From Candidatus Omnitrophota bacterium (lineage in GTDB: Bacteria > Omnitrophota > Gorgyraeia > Gygaellales > JAMWDD01): 64,000 bases of DNA. A program made the position numbers and the translations under genes. The notes under the pieces were generated by a model, which saw nothing but the letters and a program-made list of their open reading frames with translations, did not search any database and was not told the origin of the DNA. Within the stretch, counting starts at the first letter, position 1, and each line of letters starts with the position of its first letter. Location: contig JAQUNK010000004.1 in NCBI GenBank assembly GCA_028717645.1, forward strand, positions 16,349 to 80,348, written 5' to 3'. Below, piece after piece: positions 47,838 to 57,373 of the stretch.

Positions 47838-49014
47838 ATTTTTCTTTCAATAATTCCGGCTTCAGATCAATAAAATCTAAGTTGACTTCTTTTGTGGTTA
47901 ACCTGCGGTATATCTCTTCGATAGATTCAACCGTGATATCACGGCCGCCTAAACCCGCCACAAAACTGCTGATCACCTTGGGTGTCTTTTTCTTGCCATA
48001 GCAGGCAGCCTTGACCTCTACGGCCAACGGCGCATAGCCACCCAAAGAAACGGATTTATCAAGGACCGCCACTTTGGGAATATCCTTTAGGGCCTGGTAA
48101 ACTTCCTGATACGGGAAAGGCCGATAGCTGACGACCCTTAAGAGCCCGACCTTCTTACCCTTGGCGCGCATCTGGTCAACTACAGTCTTGACCGTACCGC
48201 AGACCGAGCCCATGGCCACGATCACTTTCTCTGCGCCCTCGGTGCGGTATTCTTCAATCAGCAAATTCTTGTAGTCCCGGCCGAAAACCGCCTTGAAATC
48301 GGCGGCGAGTTTTGGTAACAGCGTCAGCACGTCTTTATGGGTTTCCTGAATGGCATAACGGGTTTCCAGATAATAATCCGGGCCAACCAACGGCCCTAAG
48401 GTCATTGGCGTAGCCGTATCCAGTTTGTACAACGGGCTATACACTGGTAAAAATTTATCTACCTCTTCTTGCTTGGGGATATCCACGGTCTCAATGCCGT
48501 GAGTAAGGATAAAACCATCCATGCAGACCATTACCGGAAGCATGATATTTTTGTCTTCGGCGAGGCGGTAGGCGATAAAATGCATATCCGCTGCTTCCTG
48601 GTTATTTTCCGCGTATATTTGTACCCAACCGGCATCGCGCATGGAGATCGAATCTTGCTGGTCATTCCAGATATTTATGGGAGCAGAGATCGCGCGATTA
48701 GCACAGGTAAGTACCAAGGGCAGGCGCATGCCCGCAATATTGAACAACACTTCGCACATTAACAGTATCCCCTGCGAGCTCGATGCGGTATAGGCGCGTA
48801 CACCAGTGGCCGAAGCGCCTAGAACTACGGAAGCAGCAGAATGCTCGCTTTCTACGTTGACGAACTGAGAATTCAATGACCCTTCCGCGACCATCTGGGC
48901 CAGCTCTTCCACGATGTGCGTCTGGGGCGTGATCGGATAGGCCGAGATAACACCCGGCTTACACAACCTTACTGCCTCTGCTACTGCTCGTGAACCTTCT
49001 ATAAATTCTTTCAT
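47827..49014 (-). CDS. porA: 2-oxoacid:ferredoxin oxidoreductase alpha subunit (start set at internal ATG overlapping porD stop)
   Basis: MKEFIEGSRAVAEAV… is the canonical PorA N-terminus. The longer listed ORF (to 49173) adds an Arg-rich 53-aa extension that overlaps porD. The ATG at 49014 forms an ATGA overlap with the porD stop. Confidence 0.8.
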   Translation of the reverse strand: MKEFIEGSRAVAEAVRLCKPGVISAYPITPQTHIVEELAQMVAEGSLNSQFVNVESEHSAASVVLGASATGVRAYTASSSQGILLMCEVLFNIAGMRLPLVLTCANRAISAPINIWNDQQDSISMRDAGWVQIYAENNQEAADMHFIAYRLAEDKNIMLPVMVCMDGFILTHGIETVDIPKQEEVDKFLPVYSPLYKLDTATPMTLGPLVGPDYYLETRYAIQETHKDVLTLLPKLAADFKAVFGRDYKNLLIEEYRTEGAEKVIVAMGSVCGTVKTVVDQMRAKGKKVGLLRVVSYRPFPYQEVYQALKDIPKVAVLDKSVSLGGYAPLAVEVKAACYGKKKTPKVISSFVAGLGGRDITVESIEEIYRRLTTKEVNLDFIDLKPELLKEKYGQ

Positions 49015-49286
49015 TTTTTTTCTTTTTCTTCTTTGTCTTCTTCGATCATCAGGATGTCTTTCTTGGGGCAGATGTTCGCGCATAAACCGCAGCCCTTGCA
49101 AAAGAAATATTCGCAATAATAGGCGTTCTTTTCTTTGCCGACGATACAATTTTCCGGGCAGACAACCGTGCACATCTTACAGCCGATGCAATTCTTCTGC
49201 AGGAACTTCGGACGGGATTTTACCCGCCAAGAGCCCGTCTTATTCGCCTTGCTTGTCCCGGGTTTTGTGGTCAACGGCCCAAACAT
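49011..49286 (-). CDS. porD: 2-oxoacid:ferredoxin oxidoreductase delta subunit (2x[4Fe-4S])
   Basis: CIGCKMCTVVCP and CKGCGLCANICP. Confidence 0.85.
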   Translation of the reverse strand: MFGPLTTKPGTSKANKTGSWRVKSRPKFLQKNCIGCKMCTVVCPENCIVGKEKNAYYCEYFFCKGCGLCANICPKKDILMIEEDKEEKEKK

Positions 49287-49831
49287 TATGCTTTTCCTTT
49301 TATAAAATCGTATCCGCGCTTTACCGCGGCGATATTTCCTTCCAAGGCGCGGCTGCCGAATTTCTGTTTTACCGCTTCGATCAACGTATCTAATTTAATT
49401 TCACCCGTAGCCGCGGCAAAGGCGCCGATCAGGGCGGTATTGCCCAGGGGCCTGCCGATGGTTTCCTGCGCGATACTATTGGCCGGGACGATAAAAACTT
49501 TCTGAGTGGGTTTCACGCGGGGAAGTTCCAGGCCGGCCTCGGCGTTGATGATCGCCACACCCTTGTCTTTTAGGCCCGCAAAACAATTGAAACCGCGCAT
49601 CAGGGTATTATCCACGATGATCACGTAATCCGGCTCATAGATCTGGCTTCTTAAACGGATGGGTTCGGAATCGACCCGGACAAAGGCATTCATCGGAGCG
49701 CCCATACGCGCTGCGCCAAAATGCGGAAAGGCGTAGGCATAAGTGCCCTGAAGAAAATAGGCATACCCCAGCAATGTAGCTGTGGTAATCGCTCCCTGGC
49801 CCGCACGGGCATGTATTCTGATTTCTTTCAT
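49286..49831 (-). CDS. porG: 2-oxoacid:ferredoxin oxidoreductase gamma subunit
   Basis: MKEIRIHARAGQGAITTATLLG, the PorG signature. Confidence 0.85.
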   Translation of the reverse strand: MKEIRIHARAGQGAITTATLLGYAYFLQGTYAYAFPHFGAARMGAPMNAFVRVDSEPIRLRSQIYEPDYVIIVDNTLMRGFNCFAGLKDKGVAIINAEAGLELPRVKPTQKVFIVPANSIAQETIGRPLGNTALIGAFAAATGEIKLDTLIEAVKQKFGSRALEGNIAAVKRGYDFIKGKA

Positions 49832-49873
49832 TATTATATACCTAAATTTTAGTGAGGGGAAAATACGTTGTAT

Positions 49874-49901
49874 ATGATACAGAAATTTCAGTTTTTGTCA
49901 A
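49874..49901 (-). promoter_or_regulatory. Candidate sigma70-type promoter for porGDAB
   Basis: The minus strand reads TTGACA-16 bp-TATCAT about 45 nt upstream of porG. Confidence 0.3.
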
Positions 49902-49912
49902 ATGATTTCTTT

Positions 49913-50938
49913 TTACCTCAAATCCTGCGAGATTTGCGCGAGGAGCTTTAGGATCGGCTCTATCTTTGCGGGCTCAAGGCTGCCCAAACCACAGGCAGGA
50001 CTGACCAATATCCTTTCCAAAAGCAGGGTTTCCTTAACCCCTTTGTTTTTAAAGGTATCTATCCCTGATTTTATCTTATCTATCAGCATTTTTTTGCTGA
50101 TCTTATCGCTAAATTCCTGCGTAGGCACAATACCCCAGCAAAGTGCACCATCCCGCGCGAGGAACTTACCTATATCTTGGGCATAAAGAGTAACTTTTTC
50201 CAGGAACTCAAAGGCGTCGAAATTGATGATGTCTATCCCTTCTACATCCGTAAACATGGACCAATCCGTGTTGCCGCAGCAGTGTATGCCTAAAAGCACA
50301 TCTTTAGATTTAACCGTACTGGTCAGGTCCTTTAGGCCGGCAACCACATTTTCGCGGTTTATGGGCGTAAACCCTGAGCCAAAACAGCTTAAATACGGCT
50401 CATCAAAAAATAAAATGATCTCTTTTTTGAACTTCCTGAACAGTTCTATCTGCCAAAGCGCCTTCATGCTCAGGCCTTTTATTACCGCCTGCATAAAAAC
50501 TGCATCATGCAGTATCGGCCTGCCCGAGGCATCATTTATCCCTGCGGCAAAAGTAAACGGCCCGGTCACGTGGCATTTGATATATTTTATTTTACTTAAA
50601 TCGGAATTCTCCAACCTCTGATAAAACCGCCACAGACCCTGGCTGTAATCCTCGGAAATTTCAAATTTCTGGATGTCTTTATCAATGACCGCGGCATAAA
50701 ATGCCTCCAGGTTCGCCTCTTTATCGCTTTCATCCAAATACAGGCCCTTCCCGGACATCTTCAGGCACGGCAAGCCTTCGCTGTATTGCGCGACCATCCC
50801 TTCTTTCGCATCGCGCCTGGGTAACTGCGGCCAAGAAGGAATGGCCGGCGCGTATTGAAAGATCAGGTCCAGCGCCTCATCCGCATCTTTATACGGGAAA
50901 CTTCCGATTAACGTGGCTGATCCTTTTAACTGTGACAT
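49913..50938 (-). CDS. Cobalamin-independent methionine synthase (MetE C-terminal-domain) family protein, short form
   Basis: Zinc-ligand pattern IHCCG … E … PACGLGS, matching MetE His/Cys/Glu/Cys (NPDCGLK context). 341 aa. Confidence 0.6.
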   Translation of the reverse strand: MSQLKGSATLIGSFPYKDADEALDLIFQYAPAIPSWPQLPRRDAKEGMVAQYSEGLPCLKMSGKGLYLDESDKEANLEAFYAAVIDKDIQKFEISEDYSQGLWRFYQRLENSDLSKIKYIKCHVTGPFTFAAGINDASGRPILHDAVFMQAVIKGLSMKALWQIELFRKFKKEIILFFDEPYLSCFGSGFTPINRENVVAGLKDLTSTVKSKDVLLGIHCCGNTDWSMFTDVEGIDIINFDAFEFLEKVTLYAQDIGKFLARDGALCWGIVPTQEFSDKISKKMLIDKIKSGIDTFKNKGVKETLLLERILVSPACGLGSLEPAKIEPILKLLAQISQDLR

Positions 50939-50948
50939 AAATTATCCT

Positions 50949-51620
50949 CTAAAACCCCAGTTTTTCTCCGACCAGAATTACCTTTAATCTATCCGGATTG
51001 ACGTCTGCCTCAATGATCAAAACCTGGCAGCACATCCTTTCGTATTCGGGAAAAAGGCAGATCTCCTTACGGCAAATACCGTCGGGTAAACACGGCGTTT
51101 TCCAATTCAGCCGCCGGCAATTTAACGGCGTGGCATATTCCCTCGCCCGTTTCAGCGCCTCGCCAAGATCGGGAGTAATTTTGTTCACTCCGGCGATGAT
51201 AATCACATTCTTGGCATTGGATACGCCTGAAATACGGTTGCCGAACGCGCTAAAAAATACCAATTCGCCTTTTGAGGAGATCGCATTGGCACTGGCCAGG
51301 TAATAATCCGCCAGGGTCGCCTCTTGCCTTGTCTGCATCACCTCTTCGCGGCTTAAACCGGCCAAATAAGGATCGAGCACGCGGTTGCCTCTTGACTTGA
51401 GATTATCTATCGCGGCTATTTCGTTTAGGGTAACCGAACCGGAGAAACCCACTGAGGCGGCCTGGGGCACCAGCTCCAAAACTTTTTTCAGCGCCTGGTC
51501 TTTATTTTCGCAATAAAAACCGCTGATATTATGTTTATCCCATACCGAGAATAATTCTTTTATCTTATCGTCCATTTCCAGACTATTTACCCTCTTCCAG
51601 AGGAAAAGTATGGCCTTCAT
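50949..51620 (-). CDS. LUD-domain (LutC/YkgG-like) protein
   Basis: GFSGSVT motif. 223 aa, with a C-terminal Cys cluster. Confidence 0.5.
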   Translation of the reverse strand: MKAILFLWKRVNSLEMDDKIKELFSVWDKHNISGFYCENKDQALKKVLELVPQAASVGFSGSVTLNEIAAIDNLKSRGNRVLDPYLAGLSREEVMQTRQEATLADYYLASANAISSKGELVFFSAFGNRISGVSNAKNVIIIAGVNKITPDLGEALKRAREYATPLNCRRLNWKTPCLPDGICRKEICLFPEYERMCCQVLIIEADVNPDRLKVILVGEKLGF

Positions 51621-52137
51621 ATTTTATCCGGCCATCTTTATCTACCCAGATATAAGTCGGTATGCCTACAATTTTATAATCGTTGGTTACCGTGCCATTT
51701 CTATCCAAAAGTACCGGAAAATCGATTTTGTTTTTTGAAAAGAACCTCTTTACGACCTTCGGGGGTTCTTCTATATTTATGAACAGTAATTCTATATTCT
51801 TGTTTTTCAATTCAGGAGCACGGTTAACCAGGTTTTTTATTTCACCGCGGCAAAAAGCGCACCAGCTCGCCCAAAAAAAGATAAGCACTTCCTGCTTGCC
51901 CTTAAAACTGGACAGGCTGATTGTTTTGTCGTTATAATCCTTGAGGCTAAACAAAGGGGCAATATCTTTTTCCGCAGCGCGGGCCTCTAACGGCAAAATA
52001 CAAAAACCCATAAATACGAGTACCAACAATAAGCTAAAAGTTTTTTTCATTACATCCTCCGGAAACCCAAATAAATAAAATACAGCGCCCAGCCTATCAA
52101 AACCAGGCCGAGCGTTTTTTTGACCTTTACCATCCAC
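51583..52137 (-). CDS. TlpA/ResA-like periplasmic thiol:disulfide oxidoreductase
   Basis: Signal peptide and WASWCAFCRGE (CxxC) in a thioredoxin fold. Confidence 0.75.
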   Translation of the reverse strand: MDGKGQKNARPGFDRLGAVFYLFGFPEDVMKKTFSLLLVLVFMGFCILPLEARAAEKDIAPLFSLKDYNDKTISLSSFKGKQEVLIFFWASWCAFCRGEIKNLVNRAPELKNKNIELLFINIEEPPKVVKRFFSKNKIDFPVLLDRNGTVTNDYKIVGIPTYIWVDKDGRIKYEGHTFPLEEGK

Positions 52138-52724
52138 GGCCCGGGCTTAGGGATATTGGCCAATAAACTGCTGAAGGTGCCGGCCAAAAGCAGGATGAAC
52201 CCCACGCCGTAAGCAAAACTCATCAAAAGGAAAGCCGCATACAATAAATTTTCGCGCTTTCCGGCAAGGGTAAGGATCGAACCCAGCGCCGGAGCCGTAC
52301 ACGGCCCGATGGCCAGGCCAGAGACCAGGCCCATAAAAAGTATACCCAGGACCCCGTTTTTTTTATGGTGGTTATTGTTTACTTGTAAAAACGCCGGGAT
52401 CGGGATCTTTATCAGATCGAACATATAAAGCCCAAAGATAAAAACGATTATTCCGACGGCAAATTGCGAAACCGGATGGGCACTTACTATGCCGAAGATC
52501 CTGCCGGTAAGGGCCGCGATAAGGCCGAGAACGGCATAGGTAATCGCCGTGCCGCTAACAAAGACAAGGCTGAAAATAAAACCTTTTATTTTTGAGCCAA
52601 AAGAACGCGCAGTAACTACGCCGATCACCACCGGAATAAGCGGATAAACACAAGGGGTAAAACTCACGGCCACTCCACCTACAAATGCCACTAAGAAATC
52701 TAAATTGCTTCCTGATAAGTTCAT
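52050..52724 (-). CDS. ccdA: Cytochrome c-type biogenesis protein CcdA (DsbD TM domain)
   Basis: FTPCVYPLIPVV and a second Cys (GPCTAPALG) in TM helices. Confidence 0.8.
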   Translation of the reverse strand: MNLSGSNLDFLVAFVGGVAVSFTPCVYPLIPVVIGVVTARSFGSKIKGFIFSLVFVSGTAITYAVLGLIAALTGRIFGIVSAHPVSQFAVGIIVFIFGLYMFDLIKIPIPAFLQVNNNHHKKNGVLGILFMGLVSGLAIGPCTAPALGSILTLAGKRENLLYAAFLLMSFAYGVGFILLLAGTFSSLLANIPKPGPWMVKVKKTLGLVLIGWALYFIYLGFRRM

Positions 52725-53029
52725 TTGATAGATCTACCCAGCCAAGAAAGATATTCTTTTTCCCCTGCGACTACGGGCAATGCAATGATTTCGGGAACCT
52801 CGTAACTATGCAAGGACCTAACCCGTTTTGCGATTTTGGCGAATTTTTCTTTTTTTGATTTGGCAATCAAAAGTATCTCCCTGGCCGAATCAATTTTACC
52901 CTGCCACCGGAATAATGATTTTATATTGCCTAAAATGTTCACGCAGGCGCATAATCTTTCTTTAACCAGGGCCCGGGCGATCTTCTGCGCCTCTTTTATG
53001 CCGGAGCAAGTAATAAGGATTACGATCAT
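52721..53029 (-). CDS. cutA: Divalent-cation tolerance protein CutA
   Basis: 102 aa with …CACVNILGNIKSLFRWQGKI…, the CutA1 signature. Confidence 0.8.
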   Translation of the reverse strand: MIVILITCSGIKEAQKIARALVKERLCACVNILGNIKSLFRWQGKIDSAREILLIAKSKKEKFAKIAKRVRSLHSYEVPEIIALPVVAGEKEYLSWLGRSIK

Positions 53030-53256
53030 TTTAATAACTCTTCCAACCTCGCCTTATCGAAACCTACTACAATATTGCCGTCCACTACGATCACCGGCAC
53101 ACCCATCTGTCCGGATATTTTGATCATCTCTTCCTGCGCCTGTTCATTGCTAGAAACATCTGCATTCTCATAGGCAATGCCTTTTGCGTCCAGATATTGT
53201 TTTGCCCGCATACACCAGGGACACGTGGGTGTAGAAAAAATCTTTACTTTATGCAT
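53026..53256 (-). CDS. Glutaredoxin / NrdH-like redoxin
   Basis: KIFSTPTCPWCMRAK (CPxC). Confidence 0.8.
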   Translation of the reverse strand: MHKVKIFSTPTCPWCMRAKQYLDAKGIAYENADVSSNEQAQEEMIKISGQMGVPVIVVDGNIVVGFDKARLEELLK

Positions 53257-53271
53257 CGCACCCTCCTGTTT

Positions 53272-53757
53272 CTATTCCTTAATACGTTTAACCAACCCCG
53301 CCACACGCACACCCAGCCTTTCACATTCGCTGCTTGAGCGCCCGTCTGGTGCACCTATCGCGACCGGCCCATAGTGATCACCTTTAGGGTCGCCTTGGAT
53401 GATCATACCATGTATAAGCATGGCGTTCAATATATCCAGGACGGTGGTTTCGTTGCCTCCGGCGATATTGGCGCTGGAAGAAAATGCCGCACCAATCTTT
53501 CCGTCCAGCTTACCGTGGAATTTTACCGACTCATCCAGTAATTTCTTTATCTGGTAACTCATCGTACCGTAATAGGTGGGCGAACCGATAATGATCCCGT
53601 CATAATTCAAGAGATCTTCGGGTTTTACTGCTTCAACGCTTTTTAGATCTACGTCGACCTTTTCTCTCTTTACCCCATCCGCCACTTTCACCGCCATGGC
53701 CTTGGTATTTCCACTAGCAGAATAATAAATTACCAGAATTTTAGCCATTTTCACCAC
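53272..53757 (-). CDS. Flavodoxin-family FMN protein
   Basis: KILVIYYSASGNTKAMA FMN-phosphate-binding loop. Confidence 0.75.
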   Translation of the reverse strand: MVKMAKILVIYYSASGNTKAMAVKVADGVKREKVDVDLKSVEAVKPEDLLNYDGIIIGSPTYYGTMSYQIKKLLDESVKFHGKLDGKIGAAFSSSANIAGGNETTVLDILNAMLIHGMIIQGDPKGDHYGPVAIGAPDGRSSSECERLGVRVAGLVKRIKE

Positions 53758-53886
53758 CCTCCTTCAATGACGACATAAATTGTTTGTCGGAATTGAACTC
53801 CACACCCAGCTGTCTATTTAAGAAGTTCTTAAAAGAAGGCTGGGTGTGGGGTAAATTCAATCTCAGACTTAAGTTCGCTTCGCTCC

Positions 53887-54123
53887 TTAAGTCTGGATTT
53901 CATTTACCCTGATCGAGCCGATCCTGCCGAATTGCGCCGAGACATCGAATACGGTCGCCGGGTCAAGGGTTTCCAGGTGCACCTTAAGGTTCCCCTCACC
54001 GGGAACAGGGTCATCAACGACTTCGACCTTCTCGCCAAAATCAAGCAGGGATTTTTTAACCTCTTCCTGATTTATATTCTTACTGTTCAGAATAAATTCC
54101 AGCGAATATTTTTTTATGAACAT
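53887..54123 (-). CDS. Hypothetical small protein
   Basis: 78 aa, no recognisable motif. Nested hairpins lie directly downstream. Confidence 0.35.
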   Translation of the reverse strand: MFIKKYSLEFILNSKNINQEEVKKSLLDFGEKVEVVDDPVPGEGNLKVHLETLDPATVFDVSAQFGRIGSIRVNEIQT

Positions 54124-54125
54124 AT

Positions 54126-54887
54126 TTATTTAAGCATGACCAAAGACATCATTCTGCCGGCGGCTTTTCCTTCTTTACGGTAAGAAAAGAATTCGCCATT
54201 ATTATGCGCGGTACAGAAAGAACAATCAAACACATTTTCCGGCGTAACGCCCATAGAACCAAGCTGGGCCAAATTTATTTTTACCAGATCCAGATAAATT
54301 TTCCCATCTTTTTCGATCAAACCATCCTGAAAATGATCCTTGAATTCCCCGGTTACTTCGTAACAACAACTCCTGATCGCCGGGCCAAAACCAATGAGCA
54401 GCTCCCCGGGCGTAACGCCAAACTTATCGAACATGGCTTTAAGGGTATTCTTGATTATCTCTTCCTTGCTGCCGCGCCAGCCCGCGTGCACAATGCCGAC
54501 GGCATGCCTTTTCGTAGCAAAAATAAATATGGAAAGACAATCCGCAGTAAATACTGCCAAAGGGATATTTCTCTCAACTGTGACCAGCGCGTCGCAGTCC
54601 GGGACAGCAGTAGCAAAGCTCGCAACACCTTTGCCGATATCTTTTTTCCCGACGATGCCCACCTTCCCGCCATGGGGCTGCTGGCAACAAACCAGGTCCG
54701 CATAATTAATACCCAGTTTCCTTAAAAATTCTTTGCGGTTTTTTTCTATATCGGCGCTGGCGAACCCTAAGTCAAGGCTACGGTTACTAAAACAAGCCAG
54801 CGTCCCTTTATCCAGGAAATTCCTGAACTGGTAATAGCGGCTCTCTTTCATAAGAAATTCAGCAGGCTTAGTTTTTGCCATCGGCAT
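54126..54887 (-). CDS. pgeF: YfiH/PgeF-family (DUF152) purine-nucleoside/peptidoglycan-editing enzyme
   Basis: …CQQPHGGKVGIV… and …HAGWRG… motifs. Confidence 0.75.
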   Translation of the reverse strand: MPMAKTKPAEFLMKESRYYQFRNFLDKGTLACFSNRSLDLGFASADIEKNRKEFLRKLGINYADLVCCQQPHGGKVGIVGKKDIGKGVASFATAVPDCDALVTVERNIPLAVFTADCLSIFIFATKRHAVGIVHAGWRGSKEEIIKNTLKAMFDKFGVTPGELLIGFGPAIRSCCYEVTGEFKDHFQDGLIEKDGKIYLDLVKINLAQLGSMGVTPENVFDCSFCTAHNNGEFFSYRKEGKAAGRMMSLVMLK

Positions 54888-54891
54888 AAGG

Positions 54892-55842
54892 TCAGACCTC
54901 TAATTTTTCCTGTGTTAAAGGTATTTCTTTTTTCTGTATATTTTCCAATTTATCCTGGAACTTATCCATCCTCTTGGCGGCGTCATCGTATTTTACCGAG
55001 GCATTGCGCAGGTGCCCACCCAAAAGCGAAAAATCGTCTTTGAATTTATTGATCTCGATAGAAAGCATGCTTAAATTTTTCAAGATCTGCATGGCGTTCT
55101 TTTCTACTTCCAGCCCCTTCAACCCCAGGCAGATGACCTGTAAATACGCATAAAAAGTGTTGGGTGAAACAGGGATCACTTTTTTGGATAAGGCAAAACT
55201 GAGCAAGTCCTCTTTGATAATGATCTCATAATAGACATTTTCCGCCGGCACATACATCATGGCAAAATCATAGGTATTTTCACCCGGTAAGATGTATTTC
55301 TTGGCGATCTCATCTATCCTTAATTTTACGTCCTGGATAAATTTTTTGCGGTAGGTATTTTTTTCTTCCTCCGAGGTCATTTCCTGGAGCTTCTGGAAAT
55401 TCTCCAGGGGGAATTTCGCATCTATAGGCACGATCCTGGTACCGAGCCTGATCACGGCATCCACCGTATCTTGTGTCTTGAACCTATACTGGGTAGAAAT
55501 AAATTCTTTGGGCAGCACCTGGGAAAGGATATTTTCTAGAAGTGTTTCGCCCATCTTACCGCGGAATTTGGGCGCGCGTAATAATTCCTGTATTGTCGAG
55601 ATGTTCTTACCAAGTTCACAGATCTGCCGGTTAGCCTCTTCAAGCCTTCCCAGGCTCTTTTGCACTTCGCCAAAAACGCTGGTTGCGCCGCTTAAACTGG
55701 TACTTAAAGATTTATATGCTTCTAACGAGCCGCTCATTTCCTTTAGCTGCGTGGTTACGGTAGATGAGAACTTAAAAGTAAAGATCGCCACCAACAAGGA
55801 AATGAATACCGAAACTCCGACGATAATAGACAGGACCAACAT
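54892..55842 (-). CDS. rmuC: DNA recombination protein RmuC
   Basis: N-terminal TM helix, coiled-coil, and the conserved RmuC C-terminal domain. Confidence 0.7.
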   Translation of the reverse strand: MLVLSIIVGVSVFISLLVAIFTFKFSSTVTTQLKEMSGSLEAYKSLSTSLSGATSVFGEVQKSLGRLEEANRQICELGKNISTIQELLRAPKFRGKMGETLLENILSQVLPKEFISTQYRFKTQDTVDAVIRLGTRIVPIDAKFPLENFQKLQEMTSEEEKNTYRKKFIQDVKLRIDEIAKKYILPGENTYDFAMMYVPAENVYYEIIIKEDLLSFALSKKVIPVSPNTFYAYLQVICLGLKGLEVEKNAMQILKNLSMLSIEINKFKDDFSLLGGHLRNASVKYDDAAKRMDKFQDKLENIQKKEIPLTQEKLEV

Positions 55843-55850
55843 AGCTCACC

Positions 55851-56567
55851 TCACAAAAGATAATCTTTTTTTATTCTTTTTATTGCCCGGAATATATTTG
55901 TCTTTACCGCAGGATTTATTTTTTCCAGGCCCCTGATAATTTCCCCCATCCTGGCGCGGTTGGAAAGAGAAGAATTGGGGCATTTGCAAGCGAGCGGTTC
56001 CAGACCCTGTTTTCTCACAAAACGCCCTATTTCTCTTTCCTCGACATAAGCCATCGGCCGGATAATGGTAATGGCGCCTTTGAACAATTTCTGCTTGGGG
56101 CTCATCGCCGAGACCTCCCCCTGGAAGAAAAGATTCAGGAGTATTGTTTCGACAATATCATCTTTATGATGGCCCAAAGCGACTTTTTTATAGCCGGACC
56201 TATTCGCCACTTCAAAGAGCGCCCGGCGCCTGTTCCAGGAACACCAAAAACAGTTGATATCTTTTTTCTTGGTATGCCTTAAGACATCGACTTTCTCGAT
56301 ATGGTATTTATAGCCTTCGCTCTTAAAATATTTTTCTAATCTTTTCGCGTGCGATTTAGGAAAGCCCAGGTCCACGTGCACGGCCAACAGGTCATACTTT
56401 ATCGGAACAAAACTACGCCGGTCATTGAGCACCTTCAGTAAAGTAAGGCTGTCTTTTCCTCCGGAAACCGCGACGGAAATTTTATCGCCGTCGCGCAGCA
56501 TATCATAATCGGCGATGGCCTTGCCTATCTTTTTAGAAATATAAAATTCCGGTCCCTCGATTAACAT
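55851..56567 (-). CDS. ttcA: tRNA 2-thiocytidine(32) synthetase TtcA-family PP-loop enzyme
   Basis: ISVAVSGGKDS PP-loop with CFWCS and CKCP cysteine motifs (Fe-S ligands). Confidence 0.75.
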   Translation of the reverse strand: MLIEGPEFYISKKIGKAIADYDMLRDGDKISVAVSGGKDSLTLLKVLNDRRSFVPIKYDLLAVHVDLGFPKSHAKRLEKYFKSEGYKYHIEKVDVLRHTKKKDINCFWCSWNRRRALFEVANRSGYKKVALGHHKDDIVETILLNLFFQGEVSAMSPKQKLFKGAITIIRPMAYVEEREIGRFVRKQGLEPLACKCPNSSLSNRARMGEIIRGLEKINPAVKTNIFRAIKRIKKDYLL

Positions 56568-57373
56568 TACCTGAAGAATAAAAACTTGATGATCTTGTCC
56601 GCCCAGAAAAGGCTTAAAACGGCAGCCAAAGAAAGAAATGGCCCGTAAGGAATAGTGTGCTCTTTTTTAACCAGTAAATTGATTATTCCGACTATCGCCC
56701 CGAAAAAAGGAGCGAGAAAAAAAGTCAGGACCGCTTTCTGCCAGCCCAGGAACGCGCCGATCATCGCCAAGAGCTCTACGTCACCAAAGCCCATGGATTC
56801 TTTTTCACCATCGATAGGCGGTTTTTTCAGCAGGCCGAACCAGAAAAAATTAAAGGTTTTTCCGGTAAGATAAATTATCCCTCCTCCAGCGATTATACCG
56901 AACAGGGAATCCAGGGCAGGCCTGTAATTAAAGGCCCACGGCGAAAGGCTGATACCGCGGGCAGCATTGAATAATAACCCTAAAATTATACCGGCGTAAG
57001 TAACGACGCTATAGATCAGGCGTGCCTGTATATCTATGACGGCAGAAACGATCAGCGCCGAAACAAAAACGGCGTAGGCGAAAAATTCCAGGCTCAACTG
57101 ATAACGTTTAAACAGCGCCAAAAACAGCAGTGCCGTAAACAATTCGACTAAAAAATACCTGAAAGGTATCTTTGCCTTACAAGAACGGCATTTACCCAAA
57201 AGCAGAATATAGCTTAAAAGCGGGATATTATCAAAACCGGCTATGGGTTTTTTGCATTGCGGGCAGTATGAACGCGGGCTGACGACGGATTCTTCTTTGG
57301 GCAGGCGATAAATACAGACATTCAAGAAACTTCCGATCACTGCTCCGAATATGAAAACCAGTATCTCGCGCAT
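56567..57373 (-). CDS. pilD: Prepilin peptidase (A24 family)
   Basis: CPQCKK…CRSCK zinc-binding N-terminus and a polytopic peptidase domain. Confidence 0.8.
   Translation of the reverse strand: MREILVFIFGAVIGSFLNVCIYRLPKEESVVSPRSYCPQCKKPIAGFDNIPLLSYILLLGKCRSCKAKIPFRYFLVELFTALLFLALFKRYQLSLEFFAYAVFVSALIVSAVIDIQARLIYSVVTYAGIILGLLFNAARGISLSPWAFNYRPALDSLFGIIAGGGIIYLTGKTFNFFWFGLLKKPPIDGEKESMGFGDVELLAMIGAFLGWQKAVLTFFLAPFFGAIVGIINLLVKKEHTIPYGPFLSLAAVLSLFWADKIIKFLFFR

Noticed and set aside
47827-49173. 448-aa version of porA with Arg-rich N-terminus
   Set aside because: The extension overlaps porD out of frame and is not PorA-like. The internal ATG creating an ATGA overlap with the porD stop is the better start.
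53757-53887. Nested inverted repeats (CCACACCCAGC…GCTGGGTGTGG; CAGACTTAAG…CTTAAGTCTG) considered as a riboswitch or sRNA
   Set aside because: No similarity to known riboswitch cores. More simply explained as terminator or attenuator hairpins between two minus-strand genes. Mentioned here only.
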